This document shows, in pieces, positions 23,957 to 38,721 of a stretch of 64,000 nt of DNA. Origin of the DNA: Zygnema circumcarinatum SAG 698-1b (Eukaryota; Plantae; Zygnematophyceae). A model generated the notes under the pieces. The model saw only the letters and a list, made by a program, of their open reading frames with translations. It did not search any database and had not been told where the DNA came from. A program made the position numbers and the translations under genes. Location: assembly GCA_037447605.1 (NCBI GenBank), contig CM074811.1, positions 248,001 through 312,000 on the forward strand, written 5' to 3'. The number at the start of each line of letters is the position of its first letter. The stretch's first letter is position 1.

Positions 23957-26900
23957 TTACACATTGGGAGGCGGCCAGATTTTGGTGAAAAACTCCTCCA
24001 CCCGCTGCGCCTGAGAGACAGTGCTCTCAATCTCAGCCGCCAGGAGCTCCTTGGCACAAGGCCCTATCTCAGCATCGAATCTTGCCTCGTCCCATCGCTC
24101 CACCTGCAGAGAGGTGGGAAAGGACGAAGAAGGGAAGGAGGGAGGGAGGGAGGGGAGTAGAGGGGAGAGAGGGAGGGAAGGAGGGAGGGAGTGGGGTTAG
24201 CTCCAAATCAAAAGAAAGGAGGGAGCAAAGGGTGCGGAACGCGTTGTCTTGAAAACTTCCTATGTACTCACTTCATCCCTGGAGTACACAAGGCCGGATG
24301 GAGAGTCAAGGTTGATTTTTCTTTGATAGAGAGGGTCCTCCTCGGCCACCGCAGGAGTGCTCTGAAGGGCTTCCAAAAGCTTCACTGGCACGATGAGATA
24401 GTCCACTCTGAAAAGCAGAAGAAATGAAAGAGCCTCCAACTTAGACACACAATGCAGTCAGCGACGATCCATTGTGCTGCTGCTGTTTTCATGCAAAAGT
24501 TGCCGACTTGTCTCTCGCTCAAGAAATGAAGTTATGCCCTGAACTGGCAACTATGGAAGAGTGACGGGCGGATGGGGATAGGAAAGGAGGGGCAGAGGAG
24601 GGTGGGTGGGAGCGGGGAGGAGGTGCTGACTCCGTCAGAAGGGGAGACACAGAGGATTTACGGCATTATAACTGCAATCAAAAGAGAATGTTTGTATATT
24701 GTTATACAAACAATCTGCCGTCTAATCATACAGAAAAAGGGATGAAACTTACCCGAGCAAGCTGAGGACATCTTCTCTGCTTCTTAAGTTCGAGGCCATT
24801 ACCCGCGTCTTATGCCCGTATCTGTAAATGAGGTCGCAAGCCCTTCTCACCTGCCAAAATCATCCTCAATTTATTTACCTCCGGCTAATTTTTGAAGTGC
24901 AGAAGCACGTGAGACTGAATAGCGAGTGGCACAAAGCCGAGCACGACCCAAAAGAGAAATACGTGAGGAATGCAAACACATGAAAAATTGTACTTCCAGT
25001 TGCGCTCCAAAACTTACCAGTTCCACCCCCGGATCTCTTTGTCGCTGTAAAGCTGCCTCAATATCTTTATCGCCCGAGTTTGTGCGTGCCCATTCCTGTG
25101 GAAGTTTCAGACAACAGGCACACATACAGCACAGGATTAAGATGGTTTGTTTCCAGTAGCCTCCCCTCTAAGCGAACATCTTTCCTAGAATGCTGTAGAA
25201 AAGTACAGCTGGCACCGCATGCAGTTAGCTCTAATAACCCAAACGCTGCTGTTGTAAACATTGTAATCATTTCACACATAGGAGCTGCGACATAAGCTGA
25301 CTTCCAAAAGTACTCCACGAATTCACACCAACCGTGCATTGGACGAGCAAGCAAAAATACTCACTCGAACCCGAGCGAGGGATATCTGAATGACAGCAAC
25401 TCGTGCTTGGGCACACGCAACTGCTTGAGCGAAGCTGCATTTAAGGAGATGGTCACATCCCCAGAAACCCTTCAACAGCGGCATTAAACGAAACCCCAAT
25501 AGTAGCAGCTTAAGTAAAAGCTTACGTAGCAGACTTATGCCCTGCTTTGAGTTACACTAAAGTGTTTCCTTTCATGGCCCTCATATCACTATCCGCTCCA
25601 GCATAACAGAGATCATAAAGCGAGGATAAGCAGCAGGTTCACTTTCGCCGGTGGTAGCCCCCTTAGATTAACTGGTCAAAAGTGCAGAGAACAAACTACA
25701 GAGCGTGCCGATAAACAAATACAAGATTTGCATGAATATAATTAGGTTTGGAAGAGAGACAAAGTGACTGTATTGTGAAAAGGTGCAGTTGACCATTTAA
25801 CCCAACGGTGGAGAAAACTGTACCAGTACCAGAATCTTCTCAAGCAGGTGAAGAGAAGCCAAACCTGTGTACACCAGTAATGTGAGTTTGAATGCCGTCA
25901 TCCTCAAGCTGGCGGGCTGCTTCAATACCCTGAAAACTCACACGAAAAAGCAAAAGCAAGAGGACTGATGAACTTATTGTTAGTTTCTACTGCAAATCCA
26001 CAACCACTTCACAAAGCTGCGACTGAAGGGAAACGAGCAGATGTTCTAGCAGGAGAAACTACTAACTTAGCAAAAAAGAGATCCTATACACTGAAACATT
26101 AAGCATTGAACATTCACAGAAAGTGAGAGCAAGGAGTGGGAATGAGGATTTTGTTGTCAAGAACCTTCCATGTTGCCGGGATCTTGAATAGAATGCGTTC
26201 TGGTGGTACTTCAAGCTCGTTGTACAGCTTGACGAGAGTACGGACCTGGTCAATCAGAATTCCTTTTCAAATTAGAAATCAATGCAGCACCTCAGCTCTT
26301 ATGCCCTTTCACATTTTCTTTATTGCATCATCAATGCAGAGAACTAGTTGAAATATCTGAAAGCGCTAAAAAGGCTATCGAATTCGACAATCATGGATTT
26401 GTCCAGTTACAAGGTGATTCGATATTATGATTGCCTGAGTGCGAAAACGTGCCTGTCAGCACCCCATACGCAACAGAAACTATGCATGCCCATATTTACC
26501 TTGTCAATGATGGCATTAGTATCATAAGCAAGGCGAGCATCTACTTCAGTTGACACTCGACCAGGCACCTGCTTCACAAGCTGAGCACCAACGTTCACCA
26601 TGGCCTGTTCCAACAAAGTCCAAAAGCAATTTTTTTTAAACATCCAATTGTCAACTGTAACGATTACACAGCAAAACCTCTGTACATCATGAAAGCTATT
26701 CAAATAGCGTGAATTAACTTTCTGCAAAGGACGATACGACGATCACAGGCGGCCCAGGATGAAACACAACGAAGATAAAGATTGAACACATTGGTGATAT
26801 CTTTTCCTCTTGACAGGACAATGTCAAAGCGAAATGAAGCTCTGCTGTGACTGCGGGCAACTGGAGAGTAATATTAACAGTCTCTTTAAGCTCACCTTAT

Positions 26901-28631
26901 CCAAGAAGCATGACATTCGGGAATCATTCGCTTCCTCTATGAGACATTTCCCGTAGGCCAGTGCGCTTTCAATAGCACCCTGTACATAGGTAATGCATTA
27001 TAGTCAAGCCTCATAGTGCAAGCCGGGTAGCTTTAAGAAAATCCACTAAAGCAAGGCACCCCTGCTGACAATTTCAGATGAGTCTCTTCTGTTTGTAACA
27101 CTAACAGCCTTAACAATAAAGCACGATACACATTACTGCTCTCGAGCCGAGCCCTCTGGGTAACAATGCTACAATGCTATAACGGCAAGAAAGTTTTACA
27201 TGGGAAGTGCTATAGCAAGGGGAGGCTATCTCGTAACGTATGGTTCGTATACAACACAATGAAATTTCATCAACAATCCGATGGAAAGTATTCTAAAATG
27301 TTTTTGAGAAACCAATACAAGCTCTTGTCAACTGGCAAGTCAATCTTAAGGGGAGCAGAGCACAAAAGAGCACTACCTCAAACTTTGGAGAAGGCAAACT
27401 GCCAATGCCCAGAAGTAAAGAGTAAGTAACTGTTGCTGCTGTGGGCGGAAAGCTACAATACAGAAACAGCTACGAAAACAAGTCAGCCTTTCACCATTGC
27501 AGTGCATGCTCGGAATCAAGATTACGTCCAAATGCTACTAAAAAGACAAGAGGGAGCAAGTCAGAAAAAGGATGCAGCCAAACACATGAAATGTGCATGT
27601 TCGAAAAAATGCTGCTGTCAATTTGCAGAACTAAGGAAATCTTAAACTGCAAATTTGGCAATGGAATACCTCTCGAAGTCGTCCACAACTACTGTGTCTG
27701 GGACAATCTCTGAGATTCTCGCGACAAGGTCCAATTCGCTCAGCCCAACTGGAGCAAATGAGAAACGGAACAAACAAAACCACGACGAGAAAGCGATTAC
27801 TTGATTTTTTCTGTAGGGAAAATTCTCTCGGACTGAAAAAGTCAGGCAAGTTTTCATGAAAACCTGTCAAGTTGAGTTCAAGATAGAAAGAGCCGAAATC
27901 ATTATCCGGCCCATAAAACAGCAATCGAGCTTTTAAATCACGTCAAACTAGCTCAGACAAGGAAACACAAGGGTTTCCAATCGCCGACAAACACCAACCT
28001 GCTGCAGCAGAAGCTTGTATCCGACTACTTTGTCTGACTTGCTTGCGCATTCTTGGAACCATAAGAGCAACTGGCCCTCTTCCAGGAATGCCATTGCCAT
28101 GCTGAACACCAGCGCGGGAAATCTTGGATATCGAATATCGAAGCTCATGTATACCGGGAAGCTCCTGTTGACGACATTATACAAGCATGGAGAAGACGAA
28201 GAAGGAAGGTACAAGCATCAGCGGCTGTCGATAATTGGTTTAAACAAAACAAGAAACAAATGAGGAGCCCGCTTAGAAAGGTTAAGAGTCATAGCACTTG
28301 CACGAAGAAGCAGGAACGAAGGACAAAAGCACGCCTGCTGGAAGCCGTATGCTGCAAGTCTGAAGCAGCTCTCTCTACTTGTGTTTCACCTGAAAAGCAT
28401 CATAGCCGACATTCGTTGCGACGGGCACACTGCATTACGTAACCATGAAGACAAAAAACTTCACATCTTGACTGAAGCGATGTGGCATTGCTCCACGATG
28501 GCTACCGCCAGAACTCAGTTTTAAATTTCTTGACAATCTCCCGCCTAACTTCATTCATTCACCTGTTTGGAGCAGCAAGAAGCAGTCGAAGTCATCCATG
28601 CTCCTGCCAAGACTCTGCAAGCAGCAGCCAT
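23957..28631 (-). CDS. Plastid transaldolase (At1g12230-like), multi-exon
   Basis: Spliced ELDLVARISEIVPDTVVVDDFE/FPPTAATV, VNVGAQLVKQVPGRVSTEVDARLAYDT, RILFKIPATW (Schiff-base Lys), GIEAARQLE, and C-terminal IWPPPNV*. Confidence 0.93.
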
Positions 28632-30193
28632 GGCTATCGCTGTAGTGCTGTTGCAATGCAACTCCTCCTTTGATAATTCTCTCCTTCAATGATATTATTA
28701 CTTGTGCCTTTTCTGGGAAGCTCCCTCCCAGAGCGAGCACATCCAAGCTGTTACTGAGTCGTTCTCTCGAGCTCTGCTCCGCTCCTCTTCTAGCCAAAGT
28801 TTTCCTCTGCAAACTTTGCCGCAGATTCCTGAAGTGAAAAATATTACAACCCTGTTGTCCGGTTCTCAAAAACATGTTTTCGCAGGTTTCGGTCAGGTTT
28901 AGCTTCCAAGTTTTGATCTTGGGCAGAACCGAAAAAATCCTGTTAGAAGGATAAAATACGATACTTTCTTTTACCAGCCAATTGGCAGCATCAAAAAATT
29001 TATTGTATATGCCCGATGCCCGTTGGCTACATATTTCTGCCTCGCAAAAATGTTTTCAGGAAAATATGAAACATTTGTCCCAGCCTGCCCTCCTACCCCA
29101 AATTTCAGTTTTTTTAGTTTCAACTGCTGACCGTTGCCACGTCCTCCTCTGCCACGTGGCAGGTGACACCCGCTTCCACCACGTGTCAGGTTGCCGATTG
29201 GCGGATGGCTCCTCCTGCGATCTCCCTCTTCAGCACAGGAGATCTGCGGGACCATCCGCCCGCGCCGTGCCACATCAGCATGTCGCGTCACTCCTCGGCT
29301 CGCCAGCAGGGAACGGAGCGCCCTCGTTCGACTTCCTGCGTGAAAACTCGAGTTTTGCTGACGTCATAAAGTTCGCAAAAAGAGGCGCAGAATATGGGCG
29401 AAACCTCGTTTATGGTGTGAGAGGCATCTGTCGTTTAGCGAGGCAGAAAAACCGATCACGTATGCCCTAGGGGCCAGGAGACCCGATGCTTGGTGAACAA
29501 TAGGCAATTGCTAATCTGGGTTGGCTGGGAAGAGTCGATGACTCCAAATGCTTTCTAACCAGGGATAGGTACTACAACGCTCTGACCAAAGAAAAAAGCT
29601 GAACAGATAAATGTGAGATGCGTATGTCAATACAAGGTGGCCATTGGCTTGCGAAGAGGTCTTCAATTGCTACGAATTTGCTTTTGCAAAAGCGTTGGCG
29701 AAGTTTCGACTGTTAACCCGGACTCCGTAACATGTCATATATGTGACATTGACGGCAGTGACATCGGTAACATCATCAGCCAGATGACAGCTTATGATAC
29801 TTGCAAACCTCCCCTAAAATCCGTCCAGAAAAATGGCAAGAATTTCAGCCTGTTTTTGTGGTGATTGTTTCCATGTACTGTACGGTTCCGCATCAAAACT
29901 TCTCGCCTGCCTAACGTTCCCTGGCGGGGCATGACGTCAATGCCAAACACGAGAAGGGTTTGCGGTTTCTGGTCCGAAAACTAGTGGTTACCCAGGTCAA
30001 CGCTTGCCCGTAGGCTGATAAAACAGTGCTCCGCCAAAAAAAACGCGTTTTATTAACACATTCTGGCTTCACCTATTTGTACAATATTATCATCCAACCA
30101 GGTAGTGTGAATGAAGCCCAACATCACTACTCAAAAACAACCACATCGTCAGCATACCATAAGAAAAGTCAGCTCTCTACCACTTGCTAGGCC

Positions 30194-32579
30194 CTAGAAA
30201 CCGACTGTTGATTGCTCAATCTCTTCCGTAGTTATTTTCTGCACCCGCCATACATTGGAGAGTCCAGACATATAATTAGGTCATCATTGATCTCACTCTT
30301 CAATTAAAGAGCGCGCGAGAGAGAGACACAGAGAAAGGACCTGCTGTGAGTAGAAAGGGAGACATCATTCACCAGAAACGGCCAAGAACAGGAGGGCCAG
30401 CTATGCTTTCAAGACAGAAGGAACTCAAACAAAATAGTTAGTTTCTTTTCTCCAGTTTAACTTTTCTCTCGTGGACTAGGGGATGCACGAATGGACTGAG
30501 ATTTCTAAAGCAGTGGATGAGCATGCAGCAAAAGCGACAAGTATGACTAATCATATGTTGGAGACATCGGCAATCAATCTATTTCCTATGTCATGGTTCT
30601 GGCCTTTACTCACCTGCTCTTTGCCCGCAAAATCGTTGTCCTCCGTGAGGAAAAGCATGCAGTGACACTCCTTCCTGCAAACAATCAAGAGAAACTCCAT
30701 GGTTGAAGCTCTTCATGCAGCCGTGCACGGCAAGATAAGAATAATGAAACAAAGTATGAACCTTGAGAAACCACTCTTAGCTTTCTATCTTAACAATTGT
30801 GGGCAGCAGTGATTAAGTAGACATCTCATCCACATCATGTAGGGGGTTCGAAATCATCAACGTCGACGTCTATCAAAGCAATAACAGGACAGTAAGGCAT
30901 TTCCAAGCGCAAAAATACATTGGCGCCATTGTTTCTGGGCTGGACATAGAACGTATGCTCGCCTGTTGAAACTTTATTAAATTTTATAGAAGCCAAGTAG
31001 ACACTCGGCTCAATAAAGTGAGAGAAGTGACGAATTCTTTCACAAAGTGAACACGGTACAAATAGACAGAGCCGCGGCGTGAAAATACATCTCAGGTGAA
31101 ATCGAAATGCCAACATACACAAACTGCAAAGTGGCCTAGTTGAAGCCCTCCCCTTAATTGTCACAAGACCAGAACCAACAAGTCGATGTCCCTCTCGCAG
31201 CGAAGCAAGAAGAGATCGAAATTGCCATGGAGAACCACCAACTGAATTTGCCAATGCTGCCAACCAAATTATGACTGACTGAGTACACTGTGACTCACCT
31301 TTCTCTCATTGGCACACAAGGACAATTCCAAAAACCTTGTTGAGCTTCTGCCTCCTTGTCATCATAATGCCTGTCAGGATGCAAACCACATTCACCTGTC
31401 AATGCTGGATGTCTATGAAACACATTCATGAGAATGCAATGCATTGCAGTTCGAAATAAACAGCTCCCCACAAAAGCGAAATAAGAAAATGGTGGTTTGT
31501 GGACGCTATCGCTTCAGGGGCGTAAAACAAAAAAGCATTTGTCACCGTTGTTTGCAAATGTCCTGAGCGCAGATGCCAGCAAATCCAGTTCAAGGCTTTT
31601 CTTAGGAGTTTAAAACCTCCATTCGAAAGAGTTCTAGACCTTACTAACATACAGAGCAGCACATCACCTGCATGGGCAGAGGGGAGCCCCAAGCGTATCC
31701 TTGTGTTCCGCCAAACCCTGCAGAAGAATCAAACGCAGAATATGACGCACTAAAACCGCAGATGACGCAGATAGGAATAAGGTGTCAGGCTGTCAGCATG
31801 AACTGGGAAGGCCATCTCAAATCCTTTCTCCAGTGCCAAACCTGTCGATGTCATGACAGATCTTTAGTTCTTTTACACGATAATATTATCACTCAGCAAG
31901 CTAAGCATCCCAAGTATCGCATGGTACGTGCAATCAACTAATCGTCCTTGCATTGTTTCCCCTGTTCCTACAACTAGCTAAAAACCCTAAAAATCCAAAA
32001 AACGAGTTACCGCCGTACCTTGATAACCACAGCAGTCACACCCTTGTCGACGCAGAAGTATGTTCCCGAACGCCTCGCGTACTGTTCAGAAAACCTCCGC
32101 ATGACCTCCAAGGACTGCGGCGTAGGTTCAGCTGACCGGAGACGAGCCACAGCACAAACGATACAATGCCACTTTTCCCAAGTCAACTTCAATTCATAAC
32201 CCTGACAAGGTAGCCACAATCTATCATAGTCCTCAGAATGCACGGACTCGTCCATAGAGCGAAAGCAAAAGCCTTTGAGCTTCACTTTGCTGTGTCCACC
32301 TAACAGAAACCACTCGACACAGATCTTCTCGGATGTCCACCTCATTGTTCTAGACAAAAACTGAACCTCCCGCCCTTATCTCATCTCTGTCCCCCTCTCT
32401 CTCCCAGAGTCAAACAGCAGCTCACCAGCCACGACAAGCAGTCTCTGTGACCTCCTCTGCGCCACTCTCTGCAGATTCTGCAAGCTGCCGGGCGCGTCAG
32501 CACGGAGCTGCGCGCCATGGCTCCAAGGCGATGCCAGGAGAGCCATGGGAGATGCCAAGTGTGTGCTGTATAGCGCCAT
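30194..32579 (-). CDS. FTRC: Ferredoxin-thioredoxin reductase catalytic chain, plastid-targeted
   Basis: Transit peptide, then SLEVMRRFSEQYARRSGTYFCVDKGVTAVVIK/GLAEHKDTLGLPLCPCR/HYDDKEAEAQQGFWNCPCVPMRER/KECHCMLFLT/KITTEEIEQSTVGF*. The CPC, CPC and CHC motifs are intact. Confidence 0.96.
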
Positions 32580-32939
32580 GGCCGCGTCGTTGGAAGCTCT
32601 GCCCTCCTTTCCCTCTCCGGCTGCTGCAGGATGGCAGGCAGAGATGAATAGTGAGCAGGATGTCATCCAAATGCGCTCCCAATGCTTTAGGGGACCTGCA
32701 ACTTGCAGCTTCCAACGACCATTTGTACCCCTTTACATGTAAATGGGCTAACTGGCTCTCCTGTTCTCAATGACCACCACTGTGACGTCATCTTGGTTTC
32801 TATCATTCTGAAATCCGAACTTCCGATGGCTCTTGTACGGACAAAACGGAGCTTGGAGTTCAAAAAAAAAAAACGATATATCGTACTGCTTCGTATCGTA
32901 TGGTATCGTATATTATTGTATCGTAATATGTCGATAATA

Positions 32940-33022
32940 CTGCCACGTGCTCGCTTGGCAAGCTTTCTGCTCTCGTTGACCGCCACGTGTTGAGCAGAGG
33001 CGGTCCCTGTCCGCCACGTGGC
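32940..33022. promoter_or_regulatory. G-box cluster in the divergent FTRC/lipase promoter
   Basis: GCCACGTG at ~32942, ~32982 and ~33013, between head-to-head genes. Confidence 0.45.
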
Positions 33023-33529
33023 ACGGCGAGCTGCCTTCGGACCCTCGGCAGGCTCTGAAGCACGAGGGTGAAGGCAAGGGTCACAGTTCTTCAGGGCGGG
33101 AATTTTAATTTGCACGCTCTTGCCTTGTACATCTGCTGCTGCTGCATTTGCTTTCTTCCTCTCAATCAGAAATAGTGAAAGGGACTGCGATACAGGGATT
33201 GAAAGCAGCTTCAACTGACCGTCTAAGCGTGAAGGTGAGAAGAGCTGCGGTTGGCGGGACGTATAGTGTGCAGAGGTCCTGACTGCATCACGATGACAGA
33301 AGTGCGAGAAGCAAAACACGAAGCGGATTCTTAGTCTTCTTTCTACGGAGCATGGCTGCTCCTGGGAGGTGCTCGCCATTGCTTTTAGTAGTTTTTGTTT
33401 GTATTTATAACTTAGTTTCTTAACTAGTCAATTATTTCTTCTCTAAATTTGGTGTATGGAGCAGGTCAACAAAACCTGGCCTTGCAAGACTCTCCTCCCT
33501 GGTTGGCTTCAGGCACTTGGAAGCAGACC

Positions 33530-34060
33530 ATGCTGCGAATTGTACTGCTCGGCAGCGCTTCTGTAGGAGCATTCGTTATTGGTCGCAAGGTATGCTGCAT
33601 GGTTTTAGTATTTCGAACATGTTCCTTTTTTCCAAGCATCTGCTCTCGGAACAGTCGGCGGACCATCGCATTTGTGAAGGATTTCAGCCCCTTCAATACG
33701 TTTACGGATGTAATTATGAGATGGAAGTGTTTAACTCCTGCTGCGTTATTTTTGGACATTCTGACACGAACCATTTCAAGCACTGTAGCTCAGCACTCTT
33801 GGCGGCTTTTTCCTTTTTTTGAGAATCGGGTAAGCGCTGCTTGACATGATCCTACAGACTTTCCTTCATCTAAAGCCGAGTGAAAGCAAGAGCGGGAATG
33901 GATCTTCCCCTATGGAGATCGTGGCCAAGGGCGCAAGCTGCCTTCAGAGCAGTATCGGACCTATTGAGCCACAAGACTTGGCGATAGGCCTTGCAGCCAT
34001 TTCCAAGGTGTCACTCTCTCCCCCGGCCCCCCCTCTTTCTCTCCCTCTCTCTCTCTCTCA

Positions 34061-34127
<67 letters not shown>

Positions 34128-36144
34128 GATCATGTCGGCTTGATTTTTGCTTCTTCGACCCCGAAGAGAAATGCACTTCACTTTCACCATGAAGGTTGTT
34201 TTCCCTCTGTATGTTTTGCAGGTGACTGAAATGAAACCACCAGAAGCTGTCGGGAAATTGGCCGATAAGGAAGGAAGTGATCCCCTGTTTCTTCTGGAGG
34301 CCCAGCATTGGAGAGCACATTGTGAAGCAATCTACGCGGGAGAACCAGCGGCCTGGTCGTTGCTGGTGTGCATGTCCTAAAACTCTGCCTGAACAAGTGA
34401 AAAAAGCAACATGCATGAGCATGAGGTGTGGATCGTCAGCTTCTTTCCCTTCTAGCCTTCTTTCCATCCTTTGGTATCCTTTCTTGAGCCCTTATCTTCA
34501 GCAAGTAACATGGAGATATCGTGTTGTTTGGACAGACTCATTTGCCGGAGAATACCATAGTGGCAGCACAGTGGGCCCCGGACAACAACACTTTGCGACC
34601 TGCCTATGTGGTGTGTGTGGACGCCCCATTTGGTGCCGCTGTAGTTGCCATTCGAGGAACAAATGACGTTACGGACATTCTTCTCAGTGGTTCCACCAGT
34701 CCGGAGAAGTTCGATGATGGGGAAGCGCATGCGGGATTCGTACACGCAGCAGAACATCTCATCAAGTAAGCACATGAATTACTAAAAAAAGAAGGGTGGG
34801 AAGGCAGTGAATACTAAAGTCATCATTCCAATTCACTGATTTCTCACTATGCCGAAAGTCCATCTTGTTAGTTGATTGTTCCGGTAAAGAAAGGACTTAA
34901 TGTAAGGCTGATGCTTTTATAGGCTCACTTACCAACACGAACACGAGCATTGTGTTGTAAACGGGCTTTCAATCGAAGTCAAAGCACAAGTATGAAAGTG
35001 AAAGTTACTTCATTCAAGTACGGCTTCTATTTTCTCCTGTTTTTTTTAACTATGTTTCAGGGAAATAGAACCCCACTTGGACACAGCCATGGAAGCTCTC
35101 ACGTGCCCAAATCCGCGTTTAATATTGGTCGGCCATAGCTTAGGCTGTGCTGTCGGAACCATAGTCGGCCTCAAGCTTAGGCAACGCTTCCCCAGTTTGC
35201 GGTGTTGGGGTCTTGGCCCACCCGCATGCCTGAGCTTGAACATTGCGCGGCGCTGCTCAGAGTTCTGCATCAACATATTTGCAAGTCACGACCTTGTCCC
35301 GAGGTAGGCATCCGGAGCCTGTCTCAACATCATGGGCAAAAAATTGCTTTGCATGACTTCTGGTATGGGAAAGCAGAAAGAAAGCAGGAGTGGATGGAAG
35401 TCGAGCCGAGATGGCCAAGTAGACGGAAGGAGTAACAATGTCAAAATTTGGTAGACGGTTGGAACAGACATTGGGCAAGTACTTATTGAGTCTGTTGAAA
35501 TGTGACGCAGGTTCTCTTTGTGTACACTAGAGCGATTGCGGAAGCGAGTGCTTTCCTTTGACTGGGAAGAGGCGGACAAGCTGGCACAGGGAGACGAAGA
35601 CTGGGAAAACATCAAGAAGGCTTCAAGCACCCTCCGTCAGATGGGCGAAACCTCAAAAGGTGTTACAGACAATATAAAAGAAACCGGAACCAAATTCATG
35701 CAGGTCGGAGACAGAGTTCAGCAAGGAAAAGATGCGGTTTGCAAGGCTCTGCCCTTTGGAGGTGGGCAGGAGAACGGGCAGAAACCAGAGGAGGGTAAAC
35801 TGGGTCAGCAGGAGAACGACGAAGCAGGTGAGGGTGAGGAGAAACAGGCTCAGCCCTTCATGCTGTATCCCCCCGGGAGGCTATTTGCCATCCATTGCGA
35901 CCCCCCGGGATGTGGAAAGATGCCGGAAAACAATTCGAATGCGCCCCAACAAAGGCAATACGGAGCATTTCCCACATTTGAAGAAGCCAAAGGAGCGAGG
36001 TGGAAGATGACGGAGGTGGACCCGGACTCTCTCGGTGAAATTGTGGTGTCTCCATGGTGCATTTCTGACCACATGCCGGGAGCTGTCAACCTCGGATTGG
36101 ACGCTTTACAAAGGTTGGCATCCCCGGTTGTCTCAACGAAGTGA
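33530..36144 (+). CDS. Class 3 lipase (alpha/beta hydrolase, DAG-lipase-like)
   Basis: VVAIRGT, AHAGF, nucleophile elbow LVGHSLG, HDLVPR (Asp) and DHMP (His) spread over GT-AG exons. The start is uncertain. Confidence 0.88.
34075..34123. repeat. (CA)n microsatellite following a (CT)n tract in a lipase intron
   Basis: Direct tandem dinucleotide. Confidence 0.9.
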
Positions 36145-36724
36145 GTTTTTGAAGTGGTTTGAAACTCAATCGGCAACTACGACGGTTTTTTTAGGGCAAA
36201 AAGCTAACGAAAACCAATGACAACCATGTGCGTGTTAGTGCTTGCTTTTCGTTTTTGTTCACGTTGTATGATACATAGATTGGAATTTTTCAGGGTTGAG
36301 GCGTAGAGAGACAGAAGTTCAGAGTCTCAGAGTCGATTAAGGCGGAATCGCGGACTGGAGCCGTAGAAAGCTCACCGGTTTGAAACGCGAGATTAGGGTT
36401 TTCTTTTCATTGGAAGCTTTACACTGCTGTCAATGCAGGGAGAGGATTGAGAAAAAGGGCACATGCTTCTATTGCCAGCAAAAGGCCTTCCTCAAAATAT
36501 TTGATATTGCATACCTTAAAGCTCACAACAAAAGCTCTCTCCCTCTCTCCCTCTCTCCCTCTCTCCCTCTCTCGCCTCACACACACACACATGTCCATTA
36601 ACGACGCGTCCAACGAGACAAAATGAAAACACACGATTGACCATCAAACAATCTTCCAGAGCTTCACTCTCTAAATTCTACCTTTGTGGCCCCACATGAT
36701 GATGGATAAGGGAGGGGACCTGCC

Positions 36725-37899
36725 TCAAGCCGTCCCGAACTCCTCCAACGTTTTAGTGGCTAATATCAAAACCTCCATAAAGGCATTGAAAGCTGCTCGC
36801 AAAAGTCTCAAGTCGGATGTAGCGAAGCCTCTGAGCTCCAACCGACAGAAGAAAGGAAGGCGGCCGTACCAACATAAGGCTGAAATCGCAAAACTGTTCT
36901 CTTTCTGCTCATCGGCATGTGATGCACAAGCAGTGAACTGCTACAAGGACCTAGCTATCAGGATTGGCTTAGTCACAATTGGCTTCTTTCAGGATCGAGT
37001 CAAATTCGTTGCCCAAAGGAAGAAAAGGGAATCATAAGAACACAGAGTGAGCAAATACATCTGCATTCTGAGTTGTAAGAGAGCACAAGACACATGGTAT
37101 CGGACAGGCAGTTGAAGGGGAACGAATGGGCGCTTGTTCAGGCACTCACACTCGAAGTTTGTTCCCAAGCACCGAAATCTCCCTCCGCAGTTTCTGAGGT
37201 TGCAGCTGCCACAATAAAGCAAGCTCAAAACAAAGCGAGTCACAAGTGAACAGTCATTCGTGAAAGCTTCTTGTGTGAATTCAGCAATACTTCGTCGAGC
37301 GTTAAAACCGACAGCCTTCACTCCTTAGACTTCAAATAAAACCTAAAATTCATTCATATACGATCGCCGTAAGCACATTCGGAATGCTGAAAGACACTCC
37401 TTGACATTCGATAAAGTTACCACCCAACTTATGCGAAAGGGAAGATAAATATTATTATTGATTCAGACACGAAGGCTTGCTCTTGCTCCTGTAAAGTATG
37501 TATTTCAACAATTTACGCTCAGGTTAAGAAACGGAGGTTCAGAAAATTACCTCTGCGTCAACAGAGAGGGCATTCATAACCATGATCGCCCATTCGTCTG
37601 AGGGATAGTTCACTTCTAATATACTGGCCACGAATGAAAAGAACAAAAAAAAAAAACACTTGGTTTCAGATAGAAGTAAAAAAATGGCGCCAAATAATAA
37701 GGTTTCCAAAGCTGCAAACCACTCCTGAATGCGCAAGAACGTCATAATTATATATGCACAAAAGAAAAAAGAAAAAAAAACAAAAGAAGATTCCTCACCT
37801 CTTGTAAGTATGTCCATTGTCTCCTTCTCCCGCAAACGAGCTCAGCGCCACTCCCACACCTTCCCGGCTGGAGCCGCCTCCACCCTCCCCGGCAGCCAT
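36725..37899 (-). CDS. PCC1: EKC/KEOPS complex subunit Pcc1/LAGE3, 4 exons
   Basis: Spliced ILEVNYPSDEWAIMVMNALSVDAE/LQPQKLRREISVLGNKLRV/GFATSDLRLLRAAFNAFMEVLILATKTLEEFGTA*, matching the Pcc1 pattern. Confidence 0.85.
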
Positions 37900-38721
37900 G
37901 GCTCCTGAGCTCACTGCAGGGCGACCCTTCACATGACACCCTCTCCCCCGTCCAGTCCCGCCACTCCGTTGAACTGGAAATTCAACAGGACAAAAAAATC
38001 AGCTAAAATTGTGACGGGATATATATCACATATTACGCCCAATGTCACCGTTCCTTGCTCACACGCATCGATATACCGAAACATATCGGATACTGTCAAC
38101 AATAAGATCTCGATATGATACGGCATTGCCGCATTCTGTGGTACGGTCGAACAATGACAATCTCATTTCTCGGCGTACTGTACTTTTTGAAGTCAGCAGC
38201 CAATCGGAGATCGTCACGCAAGCATTTTATGCGACGTGGCGGGCTATGATTCGACGAGGCCCTGCAGGGTGCCCTCGCGGACAGTGGCGCCTTGGGGTGC
38301 AGCTGCCTGGAAGAAGCGCAGCGAGGTTCTGGAACCAAAGCTGCATCCAACATAAAATAAAAATAATTAAAATATAGAAATTAATGTCGCCAACACAGAA
38401 AGTAACGTAAGTAACGTAAGTTCAATTCCTTTTTTTTTTTTTAAGTATTGCAGTTTTTAAAGCCTTTTACTTTCATCTCTGCGCAAGCCTTGCCTTTTGA
38501 TGTTCTGACTAGGAAAAAGAATGTTTCTTTGTCTTGATAAGAACGAAGTGGAATGACATTGATCTCACGATTCCAAGAAGCACTCGCTTTAATTGGACGG
38601 CGTGAAGTGCTTGTGTTGCTTGCAGAGCACTAAGAAGGGGAGTCGATCACTTCCAGGATTCACTGAAAACGGCTTTCCTTGTGTAAGCTGCTCTGGTCAG
38701 TTCTATAGAGCAGAAGCATCC